A stretch of 64,000 nt of DNA from Octopus sinensis (GCF_006345805.1 NC_043021.1:8866001-8930000), one strand, 5' to 3'; positions 12,425 to 25,090 are shown, counted from the stretch's first letter. Translations and numbers: made by a program. The notes: generated by a model from the letters alone, not told the origin.

Positions 12425-12670
12425 ATAGACGAGGAAAAAAAAAAAAGGAAAAATAAAAAGGTATCAGCGGTAGATCGGGGCTTGTGGGATCGGAGCGTAA
12501 CTTGATCATCGCTTCATTTGTATTGTTTTTGTACTGTGTATTCCATTCGATTTTTATGTATTGTATTTTAATTTTGATGTCACATTTATGTAAAATCATA
12601 TCGATTCACTGATCCCATCAGTTGTACTGTCCATATCTATGTTTGGCCCCCGGTGGGCAATAAAGAAATT

Positions 12671-13076
12671 CGTATTTCGTCTGCCGTTACGTTCTGAGTT
12701 CAAATTCCGCCAAGGTCGACTTTGCCTTTTGTCCTTTCGGGGTCGATAAATTAAGGACCAGTTACGCACTGGGGTCGATATAATCGACTTAATCCGTTTG
12801 TCTGTCCTTGTTTGTCCGCTCTGTGTTTAGCCCCTTGTGGGTAGTATAAAGAAATAGGTATTTCGTCTGCCGCTACGTTCTGAGTTCAAATTCCGCCGAG
12901 GTCAACCTTGCCTTTCATCCTTTCGGGGTCGATTAACTAAGTACCAGTTACGCACTGGGTTCGATTTAATCGACTTAATCTTTTGTCTGTCCTTGTTTGT
13001 CCGCTCTGTGTTTAGCCCCTTGTGGGTAGTAAAGAAATAGGTATTTCGTCTGCCGTTACGTTCTGAGTTCAAATTC
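12671..13076 (+). mobile_element. Remainder of the host SINE-A: 2.2 tandem units
   Basis: gtatttcgtctgccg starts at 12672, 12858 and 13041; B-box gagttcaaattcc; Nin/Deu-like ggtcgactttgcctttcatcctttcggggtcgataaa; alpha tail. Confidence 0.95.
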
Positions 13077-13353
13077 ATATATATATAATAGAGCGCATTG
13101 AGTTGCAAGGAGCAATCCCGATGTATTTCATTCGACGGGTAAGTCCTGGATTCGCTTCACAGGATTATAAGTATTTTACCGAGCGTGTATCGGAGACAAT
13201 TTTACAATAAATACGGCAGCAGAAACGTGCGTGGGACACTTTTAAATGAAATATGGTGAATGATTGACGGTGGAAATGAGAAAATATGAAAATGTCCTCA
13301 ATCTCCGTATTCATCGTAATTGTCTTGCACACAAACACACACACAAGTGTGTG

Positions 13354-13390
<37 letters not shown>

Positions 13391-13539
13391 GTATATATAT
13401 TCGTATATATATATATATAGGTATATATAGATATAGATATATGTATGTATATATGTATGTGTATGTATATACATATATATATATATAGATATAGATATAT
13501 GTATGTATATATGTATGTGTATGTATATACATATATATA

Positions 13540-13634
<95 letters not shown>

Positions 13635-14089
13635 GTGTATGTTTGTATATATATATATATATATATAATATGTATGTATCTATATTTGTATGAGTGTGTG
13701 TGTGTGCCTACGTGTGTGTGTGTGTGTATAGATATAGACATATATACATACATGCAGGCAGGCAGACAGATAGACATAACTTATATTTTCTAAAGAGATG
13801 AGTCACCGCTGTCAGTGCAAATTTACAATTTCTCATGAAAACTTCGATTAGTTTTTTGACACATTTCACGTGTTATCCAGCCTGTCACTTCAATGATGTA
13901 CTTTAAAACCTGAAGTGTTTTGCGTTTTCTGTTGGGTTTTCTGCCAATCAGCCGCACAATTTCTAATTCTATGCATTCCTCCTAATTCTAAGACATTTTG
14001 AATTCTTCGCAATATCTATGAACAAAGAAGAAATGAAACAAAATATTAAATATTTTTTTTTTGCTTTTTGTTGTCTTTTATTATTTATT

Positions 14090-14300
14090 TTTTTACTTGT
14101 TTCATTTATTGGACTGCGGCCATACTGGGGTGCCGCACTGTAAAGTTCAGTCGAGCAAATCGACTCCAGTATTTATGAATTATTTTTTTAAAGTCTGGTA
14201 CTTTGTCGTTCTCCTTTTGCTGAATCGCTAGGTTACGGGAATTTAAACACACCAACATCCGTGACAAACGCAAATACATCGATACACATACATACATACA
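14090..14300 (-). mobile_element. Degenerate 3' half of SINE-B
   Basis: tttacttgtttc...gactgcggccatactgggg...gtcgagcaaatcgac matches 31255-31722. Confidence 0.7.
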
Positions 14301-14307
14301 TACATAA

Positions 14308-14617
14308 CGATGCCCTTTTCAAGCCTAGCCAGGCTCATGGGACCGGTTTCCCGGTTTCTGTGGCGTATGTGTTTCCCCCCCCCCCCAGCTGGACGGGACG
14401 CCAATCCATCGCAGCGTTACTCAAGAAACAGGGAGACTGAGTGAGAGAAAGCTGTGGCGGAAGAGTACAAAAGGGGTCGCTACCACCCCCTGCCGGAGCC
14501 TCGTGGAGCTCTTAGGTGTTTTCGCTCAATAATTACACACAACTCCCAGTCTGGGAATCGAAACCGCGATCCTCCGACCGCGAGTCCGCTACCCTAACCA
14601 CTGGGCCATTGCGCCTT
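14308..14617 (-). mobile_element. SINE-C (tRNA-derived head) with an alternative 3' tail
   Basis: Head ggcgcaatggcccagtggttagg...ggtttcgattccc is shared with 46188-46572; the sequence 3' of ~14430 differs. Confidence 0.85.
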
Positions 14618-15599
14618 AACACATACATACACACATAATGGCACCGTCAACATCGGATGTGCAGGTATAGAGGACCGTTTAAAAAGTCCGTTTTGAACAC
14701 CTTCCTCTTGAAATATGCCGACTTCTCCAGTAACTAGTTTATTTCTTCAATAATTAATAAGAGAAACACCTGTAGCGGCACAAGCAGTCAGCTTCATATT
14801 GGATGAGATCTCGCGGTAGCCATTGCCATCTCCGAAACTGGAGCGAGATTTTACCTGCATCCATTTGCCATGTGCGAGATCACAACGAGGCTCGCCATGG
14901 CAAACTGTATATCAAATATGCTGAATGATTGACAAAACAGATTGAGATTTTGATCTCTCTTTTTAGGGCAAAACAGATTGAGGTTTTAACCTCTCTTTTG
15001 CCGTCTCTTTTTCCGCCTCTTAGCAGTAGCGCTGGCTGAGCTCACTCCATTAGCTGGGACTGTCTGTATGTTGTACCAGCAGACGCAATCGATCACCACG
15101 TTTGACCCATATCATTCAAAATTCTAGTGGGGTGGGGGTCATAACGCCTGCTCAAGTTTTTACCAAAGTTGGTGTGCTTACTCAATACAATGCAGAAATT
15201 GTATATCTGAAATTTCAGCTTTCTAGTTGAAGTAGTTCCGGAGTTACGGGCTTTTAAAACTATAATCACTAGGTGGCACTAGATTCACACTTCAGTATTT
15301 CCGCTGCCTAAATCCTTGTAGACGCAAAAGAGATGTAGAATAAAAGTGTATTTATACAGTTTTAAGATTACTGAATTGAAATTGCTCTATGCAAAGTTTC
15401 AATGCAAGGCTATTTTAAGACAGAGGCCAGTACAAGCATTCGATAACGTACAAAATTAAGAACAATACGTAATTTTAACTTTATAGCTTTAATTCCAATT
15501 TTAAATAATTATATTTAAAAAAAGGGTGATGAATGTTAGCAAATTTTTAAACATAACAAAGTATTAATTTTTTGTTAGATAAAATAAATCGAAGCTGAA

Positions 15600-16930
15600 G
15601 TTTCTCCTTCTTTTTACAAGATCTTGGAGGCACTTGACTACCCGTTCTGCACTTTCCAGTTTCGATGGTTCTTGACTCTAAAAGTTTTTTTTTATTTTTC
15701 ACAGAGTTCAATGCTTTTTTATGAACTTGCAGGCTACCCCATTACTTTTGATAATCATGTGCATTGAACATTTGGTCAGTAAACCAAAAATCTGCCCAGC
15801 TGTAAGAGATGAATCGGCAAACTTTTAGAAGTAAATCTCTTTTGTCTGGTAGAAGAATAAATGCCAAAAGAGCTATTCCATCTTGCATGTTGGGTATTTT
15901 TTGAAACTTTACTGTAGGAAATTTGCCGGTCTATTTAAAAAAAAAACGAAAAACTCTGGTCAAATGCAATAGAAATTTCATCTCATCTTGCCATCCCACT
16001 GACTTTACCATAGTTAAAATTAGCCTGGAGTTTCTCATAATTACTTAAAAGCTCTGGAATGAATGTATATTCAATATTGAGAGATGATTTTTTTCTCCAA
16101 CTTCGTTATCCATTACAACTCGAAGAACTCTATCAAGGATATGATGCTGACAACCAATAAGTTGCGGTTCTTTCAAACCCTTTTGAGCAAACAGCCTTTG
16201 CAACTGAATGACAATGCCATTTCTTTTTCCCAGTATTCGCACTCGTTGTATCAGCGACAATTAACTTTACACAGTTCTATAAATTGCATTCATCTAAAAC
16301 AGCTGTTATTCCTTTCACAACATTATCGGCTTTTCCGTTCTCTAATTGGAGTGCTTCTAACTTAACTTCTCCCTGTTCATTCTTTAAAACTAGCACTTGG
16401 TATTCTTGGTCATCAAAATGCAATGACCAGTTTTCTAAATGTAGTGTTTTCTTCATTTCCCTTTTTAGCTTAACGGCTTCTTTGATAGTCGATCTGTAAA
16501 TACCAGATTGGGAAGGAGTCTCGACATTGATTCCATCTTGAGATAATTGTCGACAAACTGTTGCTGTTTTTTTGGATGGATAGCTTGGAAGATCTTACTA
16601 ACTTGGTTGCAGTTCCAGTTTTGCCATATTTCCTCCTTGCTTGCGTGGATTCTTCATCTGATTTTTCAGACTCTTAATATTCATTTTCAGTCTCTGCTCC
16701 AGACGTTGACGATGACACTGGAGTTGCTCTGGTTGAAGTTGGCATTCAGGACACTTTTCTTCATTTGGATGGAGGGATAGTTTTGGAACTGGGTGCCTTT
16801 GCAGTTGCATACCAAACCTATCCATTGCTTTCAATTTGAAGATAACATAAACTTTTATTTTCACTGCACAGCCATTCACCATTTTCCTTTTTGATGTCAA
16901 AAATTCCTTTCAATGAATCGTAGCGTCCAT
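15600..16930 (-). pseudogene. Decayed hAT-superfamily (hATm-like) transposase
   Basis: Reverse strand gives VADTTSANTG(fs)KNGIVIQLQ...LIGCQHHILDRVL, matching the DTT..NTG / C.HH.L signature; stops and frameshifts present; boundaries approximate. Confidence 0.6.
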
Positions 16931-17039
16931 TTTATCTTCCCTCATTCCATTCAAGTTTTTATTTTTTATTTTTTACGCATCTTTATTTTTTTGACTACCC
17001 TTCTGGTGGCTTCAAAAAGAAAGAATTCTGAGATGGATG

Positions 17040-17715
17040 CAAAGCAAGAATAAGATGAAAGGTAAACCAATTACTTTAGAAATAAAATACGAATTGATTA
17101 AACAACACGAAAATGGTGCAAAGATTTATCACAAAATTTGATATGGTTCCTTCATCTGTTTGTGCGATCTTGAAGCAAAAGGAAGATTATTTAAATAAAG
17201 TTAAAAGAAGTCACTCTCTAAGTTCAACTTGGTTACGAAGAAAAGATAATGAAAGTTTAATTTCACGCTGAGAAATACCTTTGACAGCTTGGATTAACGA
17301 TGAAAACCCTGTGCTTTGAATGGAATTGATAAGACGAATCTTCCCGTAATCTGGAAACACAACAAAAAAAGCTTGGGTGACAGGAATTCTATTTGAAGAT
17401 TGGTTTTCTAATTACTTTGTTCTCGAAGTAAAAAATATTGTAGGGATAAAAAAATTCCTTTCAAAATTCTTTTGATAATGGATAATGCCGCCAGTCGTGC
17501 TGCAATTTTAAGACATCACCATCAAAATATTAATGTCTTTTTTTTACATTCCAAAACAACATCTTTAGGGCTGCCTACGAATCTAGGATCCATTTCATTG
17601 TTTAAATCTTACTATCTTCCTTTCAGCTTTTAAAGACTCATCGAAGTAAGCGATGAAGAAAATGGTCCTACAATTCAAGAATTTTGGAAGAGTTTCAACA
17701 GCCTTGATGCTATGA
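17040..17715 (+). pseudogene. Decayed, internally deleted Tigger/pogo transposase
   Basis: KPITLEIKYELIKQHENG (CENP-B-type HTH), LPVIWKHNKK(fs)AWVTGILFEDWFSNYFV, KILLIMDNAAS (DDE_1). Confidence 0.8.
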
Positions 17716-19142
17716 AATTGTGTGTGTGTGCGTGCGTTCGTGCGTACAGAGGTAAAAAGAGAGGGAACTGGATAGACAGATGCAGAATGTGATCCAGACA
17801 AGAGTCGCCTCGACAGCATTATAGGCCCTCCGGTAGTACAATGTTCTCGGGACCCGATAAAACAAAACTACAACATTGACAGATTTGCATTAGGCCCCGA
17901 GACCCGTATCCCTTCGCCCTCTGAGCAAACATGTCCAGTGTTCCCCTGCGTTGATGCAGACGACACTGATACAGACATGCAGACGACACTGATACAGACA
18001 TGCAGACAGTCAAGCCGACAGATTGACGCACAGTGTGATACCGACAGACAAACAGCGAATACATTAGGTTCTCCGATATATATCATTAAATGGAGAAGAA
18101 TTAAAAATTATCCAAAATAATCCGTGTAGCAGAAATCAAACAGAAAGATAATTAGTTAAACATTGAATATTTTAGATAGGAAACCCCTCTTCTTGTCGCT
18201 CCTTCATCTCGAAAGATCGCTATTGATCTAAGTCAAACGGCTACGATGATAATATTCATTGGACGACGATTCGTTGTTCACACTAAGGTTATAAGTTACT
18301 TAGTCAATTTCTATAATGTTAAAAGGTCGTTGTATAGTGTTAAAAAAAATAATATCAAACAGTCAAATGTTAAATTCTAAGAATTGGAGGAGAAATATGA
18401 GAGAATGTCAAGTAGGGTGAGAGAGATTTCTGGACTTTTCTTTCTGTCCTAGTTTCTATCGTATTTCTCTTATAGTTTCTCATATTTTTGTCTTATTTTT
18501 GTCGAATTTCCGTTGTATATCTAACATACTTTCCGTCATATTTCCGTAGTATTTCTGATATAGTTGCTATCATATATATATATATGACAGTTTTTCTGTT
18601 ACATTTATGAAGTATTTTCCACAATAGTTTCTTCTCTCTCTGTCATAATTTCATACATTTCCGTTACATTTTTCCTGCTTCGTATCACAGTTGTCAGATT
18701 TCTGTCACATTTTTGGCATATTTTAACAATAGTTTCAATCGTATTCTTGTATTTCTTTGATATTTGTCTTGTATTTCTGTCACATTTTTGTCAGTTTCTG
18801 TTGTATGTATGTCATAGATTAATTCGTCTGCCTCAGTTTCTGTCGTATTTATGCCCTGTTACATATGCAACATAGTTTCCGAGAGGTTGATACACAAGAA
18901 TTCAAAGAGAACACTACTCATTGTTCGTGTCGCTTCAAGTCAGTCATCGTCAAGCAGACTAATGATCAAAGAGATTCTAATCGAGACCATCTCGTGTTAT
19001 TTGCACTCTCGCCATTTTTTTTAAAACGGTAGGGTATGATGTGACGGTGTTTTTTCTTGTGAAGTTTGGATTTCTCTTCGAGCTCAAAACAAACAGGAGA
19101 GAAGCCTACTACATACATAACGACGGGACCCAAAATTCCCTC

Positions 19143-19149
19143 AATCATC

Positions 19150-19183
<34 letters not shown>

Positions 19184-19268
19184 CATATCATCAACATCAT
19201 CAACATCATCATCATCAACATCATCATCATCATCAACATCATCATCATCACCTTCATCAACATCATCC

Positions 19269-19309
<41 letters not shown>

Positions 19310-19376
19310 TTCATCATCAACATCATCAACAACATCATCATCATCATCAACATCATCATCATCATCATCATCATCA

Positions 19377-19421
<45 letters not shown>

Positions 19422-19822
19422 GTCATCACCATCATCACCATCATCATCATCATCATCAACATCATCACCACCATCATCATCTCCATCATCATCAACATCA
19501 ACATCAACATCATCATCATCATCATCATCGTCATCATCACCATCATCATCATCATCATCGTCATCATCATCATCATCATCATCACCATCACCATCACCAT
19601 CATCACCATCATCATCATCACCATCATCATCATCCTCATCATCCTCATCATCAACATCATCAACATCATCAACATCATCAACATCATCCTCCTCATCATC
19701 ATCATCATCATCATCATCATCAACATCATCATCATCACCATCATCATCATCCTCACCATCCTCATCATCAACATCATCAACATCATCAACATCATCCTCC
19801 TCCTCCTCATCATCATCATCAA

Positions 19823-19859
<37 letters not shown>

Positions 19860-20465
19860 GTCATCACCATCATCACCATCATCATCATCATCATCAACAT
19901 CATCACCACCATCATCATCTCCATCATCATCATCAACATCAACATCATCATCATCATCATCATCGTCATCATCACATCATCATCATCATCATCGTCATAA
20001 GCATCATCATCATCACCATCACCATCACCATCATCACAATCATCATCATCACCATCATTATCATCCTCATCATCCTCATCATCAACATCATCAACATCAT
20101 CCTCCTCCTCATCATCATCATCATCAACATCATCATCATCAACATCATCATCATCAACATCATATCATCAACATCATCATCATCAACATCATCATCATCA
20201 ACATCATCATCATCACCATCATCCTCATCCTCATCAACATCATCATCAACATCATCAACATCATCAACATCATCCTCCTCCTCTCATCATCATCATCAAC
20301 ATCATCATATCACAACATCATCAACATCATCCTCCTCCTCATCATCATCATCATCATCATCATCAACATCATCATCATCACCATCATCATCATCCTCACC
20401 ATCCTCATCATCAACATCATCAACATCATCAACATCATCCTCCTCCTCCTCATCATCATCATCAA

Positions 20466-20502
<37 letters not shown>

Positions 20503-20972
20503 GTCATCACCATCATCACCATCATCATCATCATCATCAACATCATCACCACCATCATCATCTCCATCATCATCATCAACATCAACATCATCATCATCAT
20601 CATCATCGTCATCATCATCATCATCATCATCATCATCGTCATCATCATCATCATCACCATCACCATCACCATCATCACCATCATCATCATCACCATCATT
20701 ATCATCCTCATCATCCTCATCATCAACATCATCAACATCATCAACATCATCAACATCATCCTCCTCCTCCTCATCATCATCATCAACATCATCATCATCA
20801 ACATCATCATCATCAACATCATCATCATCAACATCATCATCATCAACATCATCATCATCACCATCATCATCATCCTCATCAACATCATCATCAACATCAT
20901 CAACATCATCAACATCATCCTCCTCCTCATCATCATCATCATCAACATCATCATCATCATCAACATCATCAT
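19143..20972. repeat. 1.8-kb interrupted (ATC)n microsatellite with higher-order blocks
   Basis: Direct reading; a variant block recurs at ~19418, ~19857 and ~20500. Confidence 0.95.
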
Positions 20973-20974
20973 GC

Positions 20975-21112
20975 GAGTAGAATCGTGAGCGCGTCAGACT
21001 AAATGCTTAGCGGCATTTCATCCAGCTCTCTACGTTACGTTCTGAGTTCAATTTCCACCGTGGTCGACTTTGCCTTTCATCCTTTTGGCGGGGGTCAATA
21101 AAGTAAGTACCA
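20975..21112 (+). mobile_element. Degenerate SINE-A fragment
   Basis: agaatcg...cttagcggcatttc...gttctgagttcaa...ggtcgactttgcctttcatcc. Confidence 0.75.
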
Positions 21113-21159
21113 AACTGAAAAGCCGTGTGTGAAAAAGTGGAACCGGTATTATTATATTC

Positions 21160-21345
21160 TCTCTTTTACTCTCTTTTACTTGTTTCAGTCATTTGACTGC
21201 GGCCATGCTGGAGCACCGCCTTTAGTCGAGCAAATCGACCCCATGACTTATTCTTTGTAAGCCTAGTACTTATTCTATCGGTGTATTTTGCCGAACCGCT
21301 ATTTTGCCGAACATCGGTTGTCAAGCGATGTTGGGGGAATATATA
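21160..21345 (-). mobile_element. 3' half of SINE-B
   Basis: ttttacttgtttcagtcatttgactgcggccatgctggagcaccgcc... Confidence 0.85.
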
Positions 21346-21349
21346 TATA

Positions 21350-22210
21350 TGGTGATGGCAGTGGTGGTGGTGGAGTGGTGGCAGTGGTAGTGGTGGCAGT
21401 GGTGGTGACGGCAGTGGTAGTGGTGATAATGGTGGTGGTTTTGATAGTTATGTCGATAGTGCTGGCGGTAGTAATGCTGGTAGTGGCGGTGGCAGTGGTG
21501 GTGGTGGTGGAAGTGGTGGTGATGGCAGTGGTAGTGGTGGTGGCAGTGGTGGTGATGGCAGTGGTGGTGTTGGTAGTGGTGATAATGGTGGTGGTTTTGA
21601 TAGTCATGTCGATAGTGCTGGCGGTAGTAATACTGGTGGTGGTAGCAGTGGAGTGGTGGTGGTGGAGTGGTGGTGGTGGCAGTGGTGGTGGTTGCAGTGG
21701 TGATGATGGCAGTGGTAGTGGTGATAATGGTGGTGGTTTTGATAGTTATGTCGATAGTGCTGGCGGTAGTAATACTGGTGGTGGTAGCAGTGGAGTGGTG
21801 GTGGTGGAGTGGTGGTGGTGGCAGTGGTGGTGGTTGCAGTGGTGATGATGGCAGTGGTAGTGGTGATAATGGTGGTGGTTTTGATAGTTATGTCGATAGT
21901 GCTGGCGGTAGTAATGCTGGTGGTGGTGGTTGTGGAGTGGTGGTGGTTGTGGAGTGGTGGTGGTGGCAGTGGTGGTGATGGTGATGGTAGTGGTAGTGGT
22001 GGTGGTAGTGGTGATAATGGTGTTGGTTTTGATAGTTATGTCGATAGTGCTGGCGGTAGTAATGCTGGTGGTGGTAGGGCTGCAGCTGGTGGTTATGGTG
22101 TTGGTGGTGGTGGTGGTGGTCGTCGTCGTCGTCGTGGCAGTGACGGTTAAGGCAGTGATAACGGTGATGGGGGGGAGGTGGGGACGAGGCTGTGGCGGTG
22201 GTGATGTTGG
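21350..22210. repeat. GGT-rich minisatellite, 5 units of 142-156 bp
   Basis: Core tttgatagt(t/c)atgtcgatagtgctggcggtagtaat at 21440, 21596, 21738, 21880 and 22028. Confidence 0.9.
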
Positions 22211-22504
22211 TGTCACGAAATGAAACGAAGACCGAGGTTTGAGACAGGGCTAATTGTTGTAGAGACAAAGAGGTGAGAGGTCTGTTGCAATGCTGTAACG
22301 TACTCGACAGACGTTGAAAAGGATGACAGCAACAGAAATAGAAAGTTCACCATCAACAAGAACAGACACGACACAGCACAGGCTGAAGATGTGTAGTATC
22401 TGAAGGAGCTGCCGATTCAATAGCTTAGCACTTCAGAAGGTTTGATCTCGGCATTGTCCCTGACGCTATACACATACACACACAAACACACACACACTCA
22501 CACA

Positions 22505-22559
<55 letters not shown>

Positions 22560-22834
22560 GCGCACACACACATACACGCACAGAAACACACACACTCACA
22601 CAGAAACACACACGCACACATAAACACACACACGCACACACACATACTCACACACAGAAACACACACACGCACATACACATACACAGAAACACACACACA
22701 CGCACACACTCACACAGAAACACACACACACTCGCACGCAGGTACGCACAATATTCTTCTCATCAGAGAATGGAAGCTATTTGCGTGTGTACATGCATAC
22801 ATAGACACATACATACATACATACATACATACAT

Positions 22835-22865
<31 letters not shown>

Positions 22866-22905
22866 TACATACATACATACATACATACATACATACATAC
22901 ATACA

Positions 22906-22938
<33 letters not shown>

Positions 22939-23226
22939 GTGTGTGCACGTGCGTGTCTGTGTGTAATATATATGTGCATATTATATATATCATATATATA
23001 ATATGTGTATGTATATATATTTTATATAATATAATATAATATATATATATAGAGAGAGAGAGAGTTGTTGTATACTGTCAACTTAATGTGAGAGTCCCCT
23101 GAAGGGAATCACACCACTGCTATTTAGCCCTAGGAAGCAGCAACGCTTCCTGTCGGCCTTGACACATTTCCTGTGTCCTTATGTTTATAAAGGGGAGACA
23201 AGCACCTCCATCCAGCTAAGCCTGCA

Positions 23227-23269
23227 TCCAGAGACTAGTTTCTGAGTCATTGCTCGTCATCAGTCTGGA
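23227..23269 (-). ncRNA. Minimal type I hammerhead ribozyme (Penelope-type)
   Basis: Minus strand: UCCAGA-CUGAUGA-cGAGcaaugaCUCa-GAAA-cuag-UC-UCUGGA. Perfect 6-bp stem I, intact core, GUC cleavage triplet, palindromic ACUAGU in place of stem III. Confidence 0.8.
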
Positions 23270-23528
23270 GTAGAATGGCCTATACATCTTTTTTGGGTCT
23301 CGGGAGGGTTATTAATCCAATAAAAATTTAAATAAACGCACGCACTGGCTCAGTACCACTTCTTTCTTTTACCAACTAACTCTCCGGTGGTTTGTTTAAT
23401 GTGTTGATTGAACAATCAATGGGTTGTTAGTTTTCGTCGCTATTCGTGACCTCATCAATGACATGCGCCCACTCTTCAAGGACTGTTTTGCGTCTGTCTA
23501 AGAACTAGTCCTGTGCCAATACGTGTGC

Positions 23529-23564
<36 letters not shown>

Positions 23565-23599
23565 ATGTACAAACACACACACATGCACACGTATTGGCA

Positions 23600-24180
23600 G
23601 GTCACTTTCGAGTGCTACTGGTAACATGTAACCCAGTACAACCTGTTGCATGGTCGGGTCGTCGGCGACTAAACCGGCAACCCCACCAAGCTTGCTTGGT
23701 GAGGCGGGTGTTTATTGGACACCCTGCGGGATGAAAAACAAAACCTGTCAAAGGGCGGAGGAACTCTTGAGAGTCAACGGCCATCCAACAAATGTCTTAC
23801 GGCTGGATCATGCGCGGGACATAGAAATAATCGGACTGAATACCCGATCGTGCGGTTAAACCATTGGGAGTAAAGGACTCCTAGACTTTGTTAAGGCATC
23901 CTTCTAGGAGAAGATAACTCAGATAACTAGGATAACTCCGACATAAAACCTGCGGCTCAGTGGTTACCGATGATGTTGACTTGTTCTTCTTTTCGGATTA
24001 TGGCTGCTGTTGCTTAGTGAGTGGGATTGACTCAGTTCACAGCCTTTCCTCACTTTAAAAAAAATCTTTTTGCTCAGGCATTGCACGATAACAACATTGA
24101 TTAAGTTTCGTGCAATGGCCATACTCGATAACGAGGGGGCAGCCACCATGTATGTATGTATGTATGTATGTATGTATGTA
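23600..24180 (+). mobile_element. Non-autonomous RTE-like derivative with (TATG)n tail
   Basis: ctaggagaagataactc resembles an RTE 5'-UTR motif. The 3' end atggccatactcgataacgagggggcagcca recurs inverted at ~56070-56110. No coding capacity. Confidence 0.55.
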
Positions 24181-24508
24181 TGCATGTGTGAAAGTATATG
24201 TGTGAGTGTTCACGCATGTGTATGCGTTCTGTTGTATGTGTGCGCATATGCACGTGAGTGCGTGCGTTCTGTTGTGTGCGCACGTGCATATGCGTGCGTG
24301 TGCGTTCTGTTGCGTGTGCGCATGTGCGCACAGGATCGAAACACATACATGACACTGCAATACAGCTATATAGCAATATACCTCAAATACAGGAAATAAA
24401 TTACTTTCTCCCAAACCCTCCGTGACCCCCACCCCCGAGAAACTCCAAACGGACCCACCCCTAGGGTCATGACCTCCAGGTTAAGAACCACTGCGATAGA
24501 CTCTAGAG

Positions 24509-24859
24509 CAAGAGTTCTCAACCGGAGGCCACGTGGCCCCTGAGGGTCCATAACAAGATTTTTGGGGACCCACACAACAAAATAGTAAACTAGGGATCCA
24601 CAATATTATTTTAAGGGGCCCTGAAAAAATTTAGTTTTAGATATATGTATTGGTATGTATTGCAAGAAACAGCTAGGTTTCTTTCTCTAACATTTTACAA
24701 AGTTCAACCTACATGAGTGAATGTGGGAAAAATAAAATGGGAATTTTGAAAGAAGGATCTATAAAGCTATTTCTTAAACAGCGAATGGCTATGGGGGTCC
24801 ACCACAATAAAATAATATTCAAAGGGGTCCATAGATAAAAAAATGTTTGAGAATCCCTG
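24509..24859. mobile_element. hAT (Charlie-like) MITE
   Basis: Termini caagagttctcaa / ttgagaatccctg; 8-bp flanks ctctagag / ctctggac fit the NTCTAGAN preference. Confidence 0.65.
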
Positions 24860-25019
24860 CTCTGGACTATTGGCGTATATACCTCAGACATCTTAAATAG
24901 ATGTTTTCCCTTGACGCTGTTCTGCAGCTAATGAGCTCATAAACAAAACCTATTCATTAAGTATTTGACATTGATATTGTTTACATTGTTAGAGTTTGCT
25001 TAATTCAAATTTACTATAT

Positions 25020-25020
<1 letters not shown>

Positions 25021-25090
<70 letters not shown>

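Larger units (their letters stand above)
7320..12670 (+). mobile_element. Full-length L1/Tx1-clade non-LTR retrotransposon, 5351 bp, 16-bp TSD
   Basis: Two-ORF layout; TSD cgtatttcgtctgccg at 7304-7319 and 12671-12686; 3' UTR ends ...gtttggcccccggtgggcaataaagaaatt with no poly(A). Confidence 0.93.

Noticed and set aside
12671-13076. 184-bp units as hammerhead retrozymes
   Set aside because: No CUGANGA/GAAA core in the unit; ctgagttcaaattcc is the Pol III B-box.
19041-20988. Long His/Ser/Ile/Met-rich ORFs (up to 640 aa)
   Set aside because: Translations of (ATC)n, open in several frames on both strands.
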